NCBI GenBank assembly: GCA_964270895.1
Contig: OZ185438.1
Direction: 5' to 3' (one strand)
Source: Podarcis filfolensis
Taxonomy: Eukaryota
Length of the DNA: 64,000 bases
Below the pieces are notes generated by a model that ran no database searches, was not told the DNA's origin, and saw only the letters and a program-made list of their open reading frames with translations. Each line of letters opens with the position of its first letter. Positions within the stretch are counted from its first letter, which is position 1. The position numbers and the translations under genes are program-made. Of this stretch, positions 13,114 to 25,276 are shown one piece after another.

Positions 13114-13340
13114 TATATGGAAGCAATTTCCCTTAATAGAATGCATTTATGTGTTTTCCTTAATGTATGAATTTATGCACACTATCCCATAATATACGCC
13201 TTTCTTGGTTGGAGAACTGCAATGCTTAATTTGGGAAAGGGTACATTTTGAGGGGCAGCTGTGCTTCAGTTCGCATACTGTTTCAGAAAGGGAGAATGAG
13301 GGAAGTTTGCATCAAAACAAGAACTAAATTTCTCCCTTAC

Positions 13341-13405
13341 CACTGGCCTTGATGCAAAGCTCTTATCTTTTCTCATCTCCTCTGGGCCTGCCCCTTCCCC
13401 TTCCC
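13341..13405 (-). CDS. Candidate 65-nt internal exon (GEGEGAGPEEMRKDKSFASRPV), gene unknown
   Basis: Long pyrimidine tract ttctctctttccctttctgtatctgctttctcggggcag| and donor GTG|gtaagg on the minus strand; open in phase 1 to phase 0. No homolog recognised. Confidence 0.3.
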
Positions 13406-14800
13406 CTGCCCCGAGAAAGCAGATACAGAAAGGGAAAGAGAGAACATTGAAATGGGAGCACTCCAGAGGAATTACATCAGTGTAACCTCTGTGGTACGTT
13501 CCGTGTGTTGTTTTTATTCTCAAAATCAATAAACACTTTAGGGAAGAGAAGAAGAAGAAAGGAACCATACAGTAGTACACACAGTGTGTGGTGCTGGCAC
13601 ATTAAGCCAAGAGAGAGGGAACCTGCAAAAAGCACGATGAACAAGTGAGTTATTTGTGCGGCCACGTGATCCAAAATGGAAGACATGTGTCACGCTACAG
13701 ATCTGTGTGACTTGGCAAGCAGGCACCAGACAGGAGCTGCGGGGCCTCCTGGGTTTTCCACCACCCTTCATATTCTTGGCTGTCATCTTAATCCTCTTTA
13801 AAAACCCACCCTTTCCAGTGATTTGATTCCCTACATCTTTTTTTCATCTCTCGGAGCAGCCAGAAAGAGAAGCATCCTGTGCAGCTGAAAGCTGTTCGGA
13901 TCCAGAACAGCAGAACAAGACGCACTCCGGAGGAGAAGCGTTGGCCGCTCTTGGCTCATGCCACTGGCCAAGAATGTGTCCAATGTGCATCGCCCTCACT
14001 AGCCCACACAGCAAGGGTCCATGATGGATCACCCCTTGAACTTGGATGTTAACACGCTCCTCCTTGCTAGCATTTAATTACGATGAGAAAATGTCATACT
14101 CTCTGTGTGCTGATCTGAACATTGGCTCACAGCTAGATCTTATAGTAAGTGTCCCTATAGAATATTAACTGTGTGCAGGCGTGAGTGCACGCACTGTGGC
14201 TTTCTTTAAGAAAACACCACATCTTGACTAAATCTTATTTTACTTCTTTGGCAGAATATCTTATTCCAACTGCCTTTCTCTGGTGTTTGTCGGATTTGCT
14301 ATTAGCAGAGACTCGGTTTCCCCCTCTTTCATGAAGTAAGAAAGCCTCACTAATCTAGTAGTCTTCATGTTGTGTTCTGAGAAGCACCAGAAGAGGTCCT
14401 TCTGTTAGAGGTTCCTCAAAGAAAGGCCTAGTAATGCCAGGCAATATTCTGTGAAGCAGAGGCAGATTTAGGGCAGAGCAACCGGTTCCGCTGCACTGGG
14501 TGCCACAGTTATGATGTAGTGAATTGAGCAGAATGGAAGGCAAGAGGTGGGGTGTGCAGAATTCTGGCCTCGCATAGAGTGCTGCTGAAATTGGAAAGAT
14601 CAAAGTCTGCCCCTGTGTGAAGGATACCTAACCTATAGTTGCCAATTGCCCTGGCTCCCACTCACGGACACTGTACTTGAGCTCTCAGCTCAGTTTTTGC
14701 CAAATGCTTTGTTCCAAAATTCACCATATTGCCCAAACGTAGATCAGGCTACAGGTTACGCAGTTCAGAAATTCATAGCAGAGTTCTAAGGTATGTGGCT

Positions 14801-14972
14801 AGGAAGGGGTGCCAACTTGAATAAAATAGGGGGGGCAGGTAAGCCCTGCCCCACATGACATGGCACACACACATGATATGAATGGCAATGCCCATCAACT
14901 TTTTGGGGGGCAGCCTACTCAAATATTTTATTGGGGGGCTGAAGGGACCCTGACACCTTGGAGTTGGCTCCT
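14801..14972. mobile_element. hAT-like MITE
   Basis: Ends agga..gccaact / agttggctcct; flanks ATGTGGCT (14793-14800) and GTGTGGCT (14973-14980), a 7/8 match consistent with an 8-bp TSD. Confidence 0.6.
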
Positions 14973-14989
14973 GTGTGGCTAAGTAATGG

Positions 14990-15240
14990 AGCCAGTGTGG
15001 TGTAGTGGTTAAGAGCGGTGGACTCGTAATCTGGTGAACCGGGTTCGCTTCCCCACTCCTCCACATGCAGCTGCTGGGTGACCTTGGGCTAGTCACACTT
15101 CTCTGAAGTCTCTCAGCCTCACTCACCTTACAGAGTGTTTGTTGTGGGGGAGGAAGGGAAAGGAGATTGTTAGCTGCTTTGGGACTCCTTAGGGTAGTGA
15201 TAAAGCAGGATATCAAATCCAAACTCTTCTTCTTCTTCTA
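14990..15240 (+). mobile_element. MIR/CORE-like tRNA SINE, young copy
   Basis: Head gtggtgtagtggttaagagcgg..ccgggttcg with A/B boxes, gggtgaccttgggctagtcac core, and tail ggatatcaaatccaaactc(ttc)n. Confidence 0.85.
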
Positions 15241-16125
15241 AGTGTAAGTGAAGACCATGTCCCAACACTTGACATGTCTCCTTAAGCTCACCTTTTGAAG
15301 AGTGGGGTGGGTATGCAGAGAGAAGCTGTGAAATCCCTGTTTCTTCACCTTGTCAGTTGATTTCAGTCAGAAAGAGGCAACCTGGAGTAGGGTCACTTCT
15401 GAGGGTTTCAGAGCCAAACCAGATGAGATGCCCATTCCTGCCTCTTTCGAAAGACCCTTTACAAAGTGTAAGTAGTCATGTATGGCCTCATATGGATCAG
15501 GACCCTGGGACCCTGGTGTAGGGGGTAGGTGAGGTCTAATCTTCCCTCTTCACTCAGGTCCTCAATCCAGATCAGACTGCATGCACCTGGTACTTGCATC
15601 AAATGGGAGCTTCTTAGAAACCAGTTTTAAAAAGCAGGGTCAGGGCCCCCAATTCAGATCAGGACTTCAGTGAGGGGCAAAGGGTTAAAACCCACCCACG
15701 CCTTCCCACCAGCATCTTGATCTGAATCAGGGGGCCCATACTTACTTTTAAAAAGCTGTTCACAAAATGGCTAATTGAATGAATGGTGTTGTGTCTAATT
15801 TGCCCTCGGTGCACAAGGAGGCTGGTAATGGAAAAGGCATTTCCTCTGGTAAGTTGGACCCAGACTGTTTAGGGCTTAAAGCTTAAACACAACACTGCTT
15901 GGATCTGGAAACAAGCTGGGAGCTAACTTTGCTGTTTTAGTACAGGAGTTAACGAGCTCTTTTCATCTCACTTCCAAAGCTGTAGAGCAAGAGGCCACGT
16001 ATTGTGGTAACTGAAATTCCCTGATAGTCTTCAGAAGGTAGTCCCACAAAGAGTGAGTTGCTGTGGTCTGCTGTGGAGGCTATCAAGGCACAAAGCACAG
16101 TGGCCAGGTTGTCATTCTCTAGGAG

Positions 16126-16514
16126 AATGGGAGCAGGTGGCGCTGTGGTCTAAACCACTGAGCTTCTTGGGCTCGCTGATTGGAAGGTCGGCGGTTCGAA
16201 TCCGCAAGACGGGGTGAGCTCCCGTTGCTCTGTCCCAGCTTCTGCCAACCTAGCAGTTCAAAAGCAGTGTAAGTAGATAAATAGGTACCGCTGTGGTGGG
16301 AAGGTAAATGGCATTTCCGTGTGCTCCAGCTTCTGTCACAGTGTCCCGTTGTGCCAGAAGCAGTTTAGTCATGCTGGCCACATGACAAGGAAAGCTGTCT
16401 GTGGACATACGCTGGCTCCCTCAGCCTGAAAGTGAGATGAGTGCTGCAACCCCATAGTCACCTTTGACTGGACTTAACTGTTCAGGGGCCCTTTGCCTTG
16501 CCTTTGCCTTTCAC
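16126..16514 (+). mobile_element. Sauria SINE, full length
   Basis: ggtggcgctgtggtctaaacc head, ggttcgaatcc B-box and ctttgcc-type tail; 13-bp TSD CATTCTCTAGGAG at 16113-16125 and 16515-16527. Confidence 0.9.
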
Positions 16515-18097
16515 CATTCTCTAGGAGTGGCTGTAGGTGGCAAACTGGCCTAAGCTGATGAAAACAAACCCTGCTTGTCACAGCACTCTCAGAATAATGC
16601 TGGGTCAAGCCCCGACCCTAAGTTATGCACCTAATTCTTTGGGGGAAGGGTGACCCCATCCTACAGAGGGGAATCACCACCTCCCAGATCAATTGGGCCC
16701 ATCACATCTTTGTTTCATTTTGTCTGGGTGGAATTCCTCACCACCACCTTTGTGGGACAGCAGGATGGGCAGTGAAGTTAGGTGGTAACACACCTGTAGC
16801 ATCATGGAAACCTCTTGGATTCATCAGCCTTAGGAGACAGGGCATCATTACTGGTCCACCATCCTGCAGGAGCTAACCATCACAATAACGTATGTGGAGC
16901 ATTATAAAAACACCATCTAGTTTCTGAATATTAGTATTATTTTGGGAAATGGTTCCTTTCATCTTGATCCTGAACACATTTCCACGGCAAGAAGCATCCC
17001 TGAGTTACAGTCATAAAATATATATAGTAGTGAATAAAATACATAAAAGCTGTATCAAATGTAACTAAGAATCTCCATTTCAATTCATATCAGATCCTCC
17101 AAAAGCTTACAAAAATTCCTCTGCCATAACTCTTCACAAAAGCTCAGCCAGTGTCTGTCAGAAAAGAAAGGTCTTTTTTTGGAGTTTAATTGCTTAGATT
17201 GAAACATCACAAAGCACACTTCCTTGGGAAGGACATTCCATAGTCTTGATAGGACCCTTATGCTGTTCTTTCATCACATTTGATTGTGTCATAGGTTTCT
17301 CATATTTAAAGTTGAAATGTCCTCTTAGGGACTTACATGAGAATTAACAGAATAATTCCTATGAAGCACTTTGCACAATTTAGGCTACACACATTACCAG
17401 CTTACAAAGCAGCTAGGTCTCTCCCCCCACCCCGCCCCTGTGTTTAAGTTGAATTTGCCCATTGCTCTGCACATCAGCAAGGGCTAAGGTGTACTGAAGT
17501 CACTTGCTATATGTCCACACCAGGGAGCAGAGATTGCATGGAAATGTCTTCTCCTGGTGGAATTGCCTCATCAATTTCCGTGCCCCATCTCTGCCCCTGG
17601 AAATCCAGAAGGGAAGGAAGGTTTCTCAGATGTAGGCACACTTGGGATTCCATGCAACTTGAATAAGGACACCATGCTCAAGCTGGATTGAAGCTGGCTT
17701 GGGGGAAAGCCACATAAAAATGCAGTATCTCACTAGAAACTACAGGATAGCTCTGGATCCTGGATAACATTATGTGTACATGGATTCAAAAATGAGCAGT
17801 GGGAGCACACTGGAGCCAGAGGAAATGGTAATGTGTATGAAGTCTAAGACTGCAAGCCTAATTATTCTTGCCAGGAAGAAAGTTCCACTGAATGCAGCAG
17901 GACATACTCCTGACCAAGCTGGTGGTCTGTTACCAAAAAAATATAGTAATGTTTGGACACTAAGCCTTTGGTCCTATCCACACTTACTTGGAAGTAAGCC
18001 CCCTGACAAGTAAGCAGGGCACTGCGAGTAACCAGAGCATACTTTTGAGTAAATATGCATTGAATTAAATGACACAGCTGCAATACTAGATGACCGT

Positions 18098-18291
18098 ATA
18101 CAAGCACGGGAGAAGCACATACATACCTAAGGTGACCACTTCTGCAGTGTCAAGAAAGAGGAAATGAAAAATAGAGTACAGAAAAGATTCCTAATTTGCA
18201 TAAAATATGTGTATGTTAATATATATGCATTTATCATCATCTTTATTATTTACTGAATTTATATACTGATCTATACCCGCAGGTCTCAGGG
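18098..18291 (-). repeat. Inverted low-copy duplicate of 26491-26674 containing a 15-nt micro-exon-like unit (18127-18141)
   Basis: Reverse complement of 18098-18200 matches 26572-26674 at 101/103 by manual alignment; the remainder matches with about 7 substitutions and a 10-nt indel. Confidence 0.9.
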
Positions 18292-18409
18292 TGGTTCACA
18301 GGATAAAGGTGCAAGCAGCAGACTTAGAAATCATAGGTAATGTCCAGTCATTCATGGAATAGATCTATTGAAATCAATGGGCAAGTCATTTAAGTTCATC
18401 GTTTTCTGA

Positions 18410-18880
18410 TGTTCAGCAACGGGCCCAGGACAGAGCCCTGTGGCACCCCACTTGTTACTCGGATGATGAGGAGCCATTAGTAAGTACTCTTTGGGTTCAG
18501 TCAGTCCAGAAGGGGGTTGCAGTGGGTGCAGGCCACCCTGGGTGTCACCACTGAGGGAGGTGACAAAATGCTGGGCGGCACTCACTCTTGGGAGAAACGC
18601 GGTGGCTTGGGCGTGCACAGGCTCTACGCTGTCCAAACGGTCCGTCTGCTGCCTCCCCCCCAGCTGTAGGGTGGCTGAGCGGGAAGAGGCAGCCAGACTC
18701 CGGAGGCCCGGCGGTGTGCCCTGCCCCAGGCGCCAGAGCGGCTTCTTCCGCCACTGAGTCAGTCAGCCAGCTACAAATCTACCTAACAGTCACATCCTCC
18801 AGCCCACATTTTACTAGCATCAGGGACTTTGTCAAAAACCTTACTTATGATACACTACATCCACAGCATTCCCCTGATCC
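18410..18880 (-). mobile_element. CR1 LINE reverse-transcriptase relic, split by a MITE
   Basis: Minus-strand peptides DQGNAVDVVY, LVKCGLEDVTVR*ICSWLTD, then across the insert TQRVLTNGSSSS and VTSGVPQGSVLGPLL, in CR1 RT order. Confidence 0.85.
18507..18756. mobile_element. GC-rich hAT-like MITE inserted in the CR1 relic
   Basis: 8-bp TSD AGTCAGTC at 18499-18506 and 18757-18764; the right end is cgccactg as at 54490/57141 and the left TIR is eroded. Removing the element and one TSD rejoins the CR1 coding sequence. Confidence 0.75.
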
Positions 18881-18895
18881 ATCAAGCTTGTAAGT

Positions 18896-18898
<3 letters not shown>

Positions 18899-18946
<48 letters not shown>
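18899..18946. repeat. (GA)24 microsatellite
   Basis: Direct read. Confidence 0.95.
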
Positions 18947-18948
<2 letters not shown>

Positions 18949-19070
18949 TTCTTCTGGCATGACTTGTTTTTGAGAAACCCATGCTGCGTCTTAATAATCA
19001 CAGCATCCTTTTCTAAGTGCTCACAGGCCAACCATTTAATTATCTGTTCTAGGGCTTTTCCTGGTACCTA

Positions 19071-19239
19071 CCGTATTTTTTGCACCATAACACTCACTTT
19101 TTTCCTCCTAGAAAATAAGGGGAAATGTCTGTGCGTGTTATGGAGGGAATGCCTACGGGTGGCATGCCTGCGGATTTTCCTCCTCTAAAAACTATGTGCG
19201 TGTTATGGTCGGGTGCGTGTTATAGAGCGAAAAATACGG
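19071..19239. mobile_element. pogo/Tigger-like MITE, family C
   Basis: ta|ccgtattttttgcaccataa ... ttatagagcgaaaaatacgg|ta: inverted termini with TA TSD; internal tgcgtgttat repeats. Confidence 0.85.
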
Positions 19240-20383
19240 TACATCAAGCTGACCAGTTGGTAGTTACCTGGGTCTTTGTTTTGAGAGCTTTTCCTGCAAC
19301 TGATTACCAAGCTGAATGGGCAACTCACACCCTCATTTAAAACCTGCTTGCCTTTTTAACAAAGTGATCAACTGCAATGAAAACTTTCAAGACACCTCAT
19401 GCTTACATTTCTCGTGCCCGCACATATGGCTGGTCTTGGATTGCAGCCTCAGTGTCTAAATATTATTCTGATTTCTTGTCTTGAATCTGAGGCCGATCCT
19501 AAATATGTCAACTTCAAGGGAATTTATAAGCAGCCTAATTGTGTGCAAGATTTCAGCCAAGAGCAGAAAAGTCTTCTTGGTTCTGTCCACAACATCTGAA
19601 GTCTTGCTTTTCATTTAGAAATGCTTGAATTCAAATGTGCTTCATGCTCATCTATTAAAAGTTGAGTTTAAAAGACTCTGAATGTTTGCTGGATCTTTGG
19701 CTCTTCCTAGGAGTGGATTCCAAATAACAGAAAAAAAAGAAAATTTAAACAATGTTTATGCCTCGATGCCCTTTTTTTAAAAAATGCAAACATAGAGCAG
19801 GAAAGCCCCATTACAATTCTCCCCTCTGAGACAAATAATCCAAACCCAACTCCACAAGATTTGTAACACTATGATCTGCCAGATTTGTAGTGTAGTTTAG
19901 AAGCACATTTTATAAAAGTGTGAACTGGTGTTTCATGAAACCCCAGGGATGTTTCATTTTTATATATGTGTGGAGTAATACTGGACGAGCCTTTTGAGCT
20001 GGCAGTCTGCTGTTGAAAGGCCTTTTCTAACTCTCATAATAGTGCCTTTATATGAGTGTATTTGCAAAAATATGTTTAAAAAACTACACTGTGTAAAAAA
20101 GAAAAATCAAAGAGCTATAGTTTTAATCTCTTTTTAAAAAATCTAATAATAAAATTTGAAATCCTTCTTTTTAAAAAATGATTTCTGAACATGAGAGGTA
20201 GCATATATATTTTTAAGGACAGTGGGGTAGATTTAGCCATAGCTGCAACCTTCAAACAGAGGAACCTAGCCTGTCCCCATCAGCAGAAGCCCTTTGCAAG
20301 GACTTCCACCTGCTCCGCCTGTGCGCCACCTGTGCCCTCTGAAATTGACTTGGGGGAGTCAGGAGAACCCCCGGAACGGCATA

Positions 20384-20625
20384 CAGTGGTACCTCGGGTT
20401 AAGAACTTAATTTGTTCTGGAGGTCCATTCTTAACCTGAAACTGTTCTTAACCTGAAGCACCACTTCAGCTAATGGGGCCTCCCGCTGCTGCCGCACCAC
20501 CACTCCCCAATTTCTGTTCTCATCCTGAAGCAAAGTTCTTAACCCAAGGTACTATTTCTGGGTTAGCGGAGTCTGTAACCTGAAGCATCCATAACCTGAA
20601 GTGTCTGTAACCCGAGGTACCACCG
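20384..20625 (+). mobile_element. Tigger/pogo-like MITE, family A copy 2
   Basis: ta|cagtggtacctc ... gaggtaccaccg|ta. Confidence 0.9.
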
Positions 20626-20891
20626 TACTGGGCAAGGAGAGGGAATAATCACTCCGCTTGGCAAGCTGCAATGCTTACACAGAATGAACATTCAGAAGAG
20701 AAAGACACTAAATTCCAGCGAAGATCTGAATTTTTTCAATAGTTCAGGAGCAGCTAAAAAAAAAAAGAATAAATAAAAGAAATTGTGTGAATTAATATAT
20801 ATTTTGGCAACAAACTGGACTCCTAACCTATAAAACGGTTGTGAAAATCCTATAATGGGGGTGGTAGCTTATTAGAGAAAATAATAAACTA

Positions 20892-21076
20892 GTAGGAAGT
20901 CTGGGCGAATGGATCATTTCTCTGCTCCACCCAGCTCTGTAGTGTCAACACCGGCTGGCAGCAGCTCTCCAGAGCTTCAGAGAATGGACACTCCCAGCCC
21001 TACCAGGATATGCCAGGGATTGAACCGGGAACCTTCTGCATGCAAAGCAGTTGCTCTAGCCCTGAGCTATGGCCCT
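20892..21076 (-). mobile_element. tRNA-derived SINE (Squam3-like, tRNA-Ala-type head)
   Basis: Reverse complement reads gccatagctcagggctagagcaactgctttgcatgcagaaggttcccggttcaatccctggc followed by gagagctgctgccag body; it supplies the N-terminal part of the 204-aa ORF. Confidence 0.7.
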
Positions 21077-21212
21077 TCCCCTTCTTTCCCAACAAAGATG
21101 GCCACAAGAAGGAGTCCCAGAGCACCTTTCTGTAGGAGAGCAAAGTCCATGTCCATAAAAAGGCACTTCAAAACGCTTCTTTTTTCTTTTGGTTTGCCTT
21201 ATTTGTTTCTAG

Positions 21213-21378
21213 CTCTGTCCTGCATATGCCCAGAAGATAAGATAGAATTAATAAGATTTGTTAAAAATGACTTAGCCATGGGCAGTGATATTATTACAGG
21301 AAGTGGTATATTTCCTGTGGTGGCTCCCTCTCCCATGCCCCTGCCTTTTGAAGAGGAAATGACTGAAAATAATTTAAG
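21213..21378 (+). CDS. Candidate 166-nt exon (LSCICPEDKIELIRFVKNDLAMGSDII...EEEMTENNL), gene unknown
   Basis: Strong acceptor tttttcttttggtttgccttatttgtttctag| and donor AAG|gtatat; open frame, non-repeat sequence. No homolog recognised. Confidence 0.25.
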
Positions 21379-21669
21379 GTATATCATAAGGAACTCATTA
21401 ATAGATTCATCTCATTGCTATGATAATATTTCCCTCATCATATGCCTCACATTCACATCCCATCACCACCTTTCACTAATAGGGTATGTAAGTTTTAGGC
21501 TCATATGTTTACGTATTTTATAAACCAACCAATTAGCCTTTATTTTTTAAGGGGGGGCCCTGCCTTTTATCACCTACCGGTTAAGCTTTCTCCTTTTTTC
21601 CTGAGGCAAGAAGGGGAGGGAAATTGGTCTAGAGCAAAGGGGAAGGTGATCAGGAACTAGGTCTGTGAA

Positions 21670-21969
21670 GAAGAAGAAGAAGAAGAAGAAGAAGAAGAAG
21701 AAGAAGAAGAAGAAGAAGAAAAAGAGGAGGAGGAGGAGGAGTTTGGATTTGATATCCCGCCTTTCACTCCCTTTAAGGAGTCTCAAAGCGGCTAACATTC
21801 TCCTTTCCCTTCCTCCCCCACAACAAACACTCTGTGAGGTGAGTGAGGCTGAGAGAATTCAGAGAAGTGTGACTGGCCCAAGGTCACCCAGCAGCTGCAT
21901 GTGGAGGAGCGGAGACGCGAACCCGGTTCCCCAGATTACAAGACTACCGCTCTTAACCACTACACCACA
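21670..21969 (-). mobile_element. MIR/CORE-like tRNA SINE with expanded (GAA)18(GAG)6 tail
   Basis: Same family as 14990; probable TSD CTGTGAA at 21663-21669 and 21970-21976. Confidence 0.9.
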
Positions 21970-22140
21970 CTGTGAAAAGTTGGGGGAAAGACCCAACCAG
22001 TGATACAGGAACCAGTTCAGAGGAGGATTCTTCAAATTCTTGGGTAGTGACCAAGACACCAACAGAGAAGATGTCGGGCAATCCCACCCCAATCCAACTG
22101 AAATAACGCATGTGTGAGATGCAGATCTTACAGGCTAAAC

Positions 22141-22212
22141 CAGGCATAGTGGTCAGGGATGATGGGAGTTGTAGTCCCAAAACATCTGGAGGGCTGAGTT
22201 TGCCTATGCCTG
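22141..22212. mobile_element. 72-bp internally deleted hAT-type MITE
   Basis: TIR caggcatag / ctatgcctg; perfect 8-bp TSD GGCTAAAC at 22133-22140 and 22213-22220. Confidence 0.85.
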
Positions 22213-22453
22213 GGCTAAACCCATGGTCCCTGAGGGACAAGCCGTACCTTTTGCATGTTCAGCACAGGTGAGAAGGGATGCATATACATACTGATGTAAA
22301 CATGCATAGTTCCTCCATGCAAGTGGGATCCCACATAGGTTCCCCTCTCATGTCAAGGAGCACTAAATGTGCATGTTCTGGAGGAAGGGAGAGTAAGAAG
22401 GGCTTCAGCTGCAGAAGCGGCCTCATCCACAAGGCTTGGATGTTTGCGTAGAG

Positions 22454-22584
22454 CAGAGGTGCACAACCCTCCAGATGTTGTTGGACTACACCTCCCATCA
22501 TCCCTGATCACTGGCTATGCTGGTTGGGGCTGATGGGAGTTGTACTCCAGAAACATCTGGATGGCCGCAGGTTGTGCACCCCTG
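22454..22584. mobile_element. hAT-type MITE
   Basis: TIR cagaggtgcacaacc / ggttgtgcacccctg; flanks GCGTAGAG and GCGTTGAG (7/8). Confidence 0.8.
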
Positions 22585-22600
22585 GCGTTGAGCTTTATTT

Positions 22601-22733
22601 CATAGACTTCTAGAGTTGGAAGGGACCATGAGGCCATCTGGTCCAACCCCTGCAATGCAGGAATCTTTTGTCCAATGTGGATGTTGAACCCATCACCCTG
22701 AGATTAAGCGTTTCATGCTTTACTGACTGAGCT
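22601..22733 (-). mobile_element. SINE with tRNA-Lys-like head and CR1-like tail
   Basis: Reverse complement reads agctcagtcagtaaagcatgaaacgcttaatctcagggtgatgggttcaa..ttggacaaaagattcctgcattgcaggggttggaccagatg..cccttccaactcta. Confidence 0.8.
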
Positions 22734-22912
22734 GAAGAACCTGGGAGACTGAGTTCTTAATGCCTCTCCGTTTCAAATGGAGCTGAATGGCATTCTAACA
22801 GAATTAAATTTAGGAAACTGATTTAGTTTTAACTAAAAGCTAAAGGACCATTACATGAACTGGACCAAGTACTGAGATAAGTACTCCAGTGGCCTTTCTC
22901 CGGGTACCCTGG

Positions 22913-23195
22913 TGTTATGTACTGAGTTGAATAGCATCCAAAATGCAGCAATCTGATTGGTCCTAGAACAATGCAGCAGTATGATTGGTCCGCAGGAGCC
23001 ACCCAATCCAGCTCCAGATGGAAGTGAATCCGCAACCTGATTGGCCTACAGGAGAATCCCGGAATTAGCCAATCACGTGTGGCCCATTCTGTAAATAGTG
23101 TATATAAAGCAGATATTTTGGGGAAACTTTCATTCCTCACTACTATGAGCTGAATAAAGAGCATGAAATCCACACTTGACTCCGAGTATATTTCA
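22913..23195 (+). mobile_element. Solo LTR
   Basis: TG..CA termini (tgttatgt / atatttca); flanks CCTGG and CCTGC; five CCAAT/ATTGG boxes, TATATAAA at 23101 and AATAAA at 23153, in U3-R-U5 order. Confidence 0.8.
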
Positions 23196-25203
23196 CCTGC
23201 CATCTGAGGTAAGGGCCAGAGAGAGGACCTCTGTTGCTCTATTAGCTCTGGGCAAATACTTTTTATTTTATTTTCTCAGGACTCATTTTCATTTTTTACA
23301 ACTTTCGCATTAGTCGGTGCTGACAACATACACACGTGTTTAGAAAGCTGGTTTTGTTCCTTTATTTAATTTTGTCTACTCTATCTTTCATTGCAAGCCA
23401 CCCTGAGAGTGCTAACTGAATGGGAAGGAGGGTGTTAAAATGGATACATGTACAGTATGTAGTGTATGTATGAGTGAATAGAACAGTGATCCTCAAATCC
23501 ACTGGCTCAGAGGTGGGGAACCTCAAGCCTGGGGGCCAAATGCCACTCTCTAAGGCTCTCTGTCTGGCCCCCAGGACACTCCCTAGTCACACCTGCTCCA
23601 TAAGCCATGCCTCTTACCATGACTTTCATGAGTGTTTTAGCCTGGCTAGACTATATCCTCGATAGGGATGGGTGAATCTGTCACTTTCAGTTCCTTCCAG
23701 TTCCTCATTTCCACAGTCTTAAGTTCACCTCCCTGCATTTCCACCAATGTGCTGTATTATTGCTGTCAGGAAGGGCGTTCTTGAACTATAGCAGTATGAA
23801 AAATGTTCAGGATTTCAGTAGGAAGCTACAGACATGCACCAAATGGAAATGAAGCTGTATGAGAGCAAAACTTTGCAGGCGTAAACAGTTTTGAAATTAG
23901 GATTCCTTATCACTGCCCTGATGCCATCACAAACACAAATAGTCACAAATGCACAATAAAAATAGCGTCCAGAGGGGCCTTCAATCAACCCCAAGCCCCC
24001 CTCCCAGTCTCTTCAATTTGGGAATTTTATAACTAGTAACCTTAATTTTGTATGTTTCACTGCAGGGCAAATAGCAAGGGAGTGATGTTTTAGATCACGA
24101 AAGCATCACAGGGAAAGAGTTAAATGTTGCCAGCACTTCTCCCCAATCTGATCCCAACACTACACAGCTAATTACAAAATTGTGATCACCACCACTACCG
24201 CCATTGAGAGCAACAGCAAACCAAATCCAAGGGAGAACTGGCCACACATCTCCTACTATTCTACTAAAATGGTCTCATTTAGTGAGAAATTCAGTGTCTG
24301 ATGACAAACAAGGGTTATTTTAGTTGTAAGTGTATGCCTTTATTCACATCTCTCTCTCTCTTTTTCTTTTTTTCTTTGCTCTAGTCTTATGTAAATTGGA
24401 ATAGGTTTGGAGTTTTTATTTGACTCATTTTATTTTCATTTCTAATAAGCCATTTTCAGAGTGACTATCTGCTATATTTAGAAATTATTTTTAGTAGTAG
24501 TAGTAATAGTAGTTGTTGTAGAACTTTTTTTTTAATGCAATTTACTTTACTAACATATTGGGAGAAATGCATTTTAAAACACAAGACGGTGGGGGAGGGA
24601 GGAGAGAAAGGACTTTGGTTGTAAAATGTCAGTTTCTGAAATGTTCCAGTTATGTGCAAACTGCCTGTGTAGCTGCAGTTCACAATTGCCATCTGAACAT
24701 CTATTTTTCCAAGCATTTAAGAGGAGTGATGTGTACATTTTTCATGTGTAATTAGGCAGTGTAATGTGATCCCTTTCTGCAGTCAAGCTGCCATGTGCTG
24801 TAGCCTCACTGAATAGCTTCCAGATTTCAACCCAATCTCTTCTGTCTAGACTCTACGTTGCTGGTTCTCCCCCCTCTGCCTGCCCCCTCCCTGCCTTCTG
24901 AGCCTAAAACAGGCTCCAATACAAAATGCCAAAACCAGAAGTTTTTTTTTGTCCGTCTTTCTCATAAAGATTTGGGACAGATCTCCCAGGCCCAGACAAG
25001 GGCTGGATCCCAGACTTCTTAAGACACGTGTCATCTGAAACTGACATTAAAGACTCTGCAAGCTTTTCAGCAGGTCATGCACACACAAACAATGGCTTTA
25101 AAAATATGGTTTTCATTAAAAAGTGAGTATTTTTAGAGAGGTGTGGTTCAGTTCAGATGAAAAAGGAGGGGGTATGAACAGAACAGAGAGGGAGGGAGAG
25201 ACT

Positions 25204-25205
<2 letters not shown>

Positions 25206-25273
<68 letters not shown>
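25206..25273. repeat. (GA)34 microsatellite
   Basis: Direct read. Confidence 0.95.

Positions 25274-25276
<3 letters not shown>

Noticed and set aside
20909-21523. 204-aa ORF as a single gene
   Set aside because: The first ~55 codons are an antisense SINE; only 21213-21378 has exon-like boundaries.
21574-22003. Poly-K and poly-F ORFs
   Set aside because: Translations of the (GAA)n microsatellite and SINE body.
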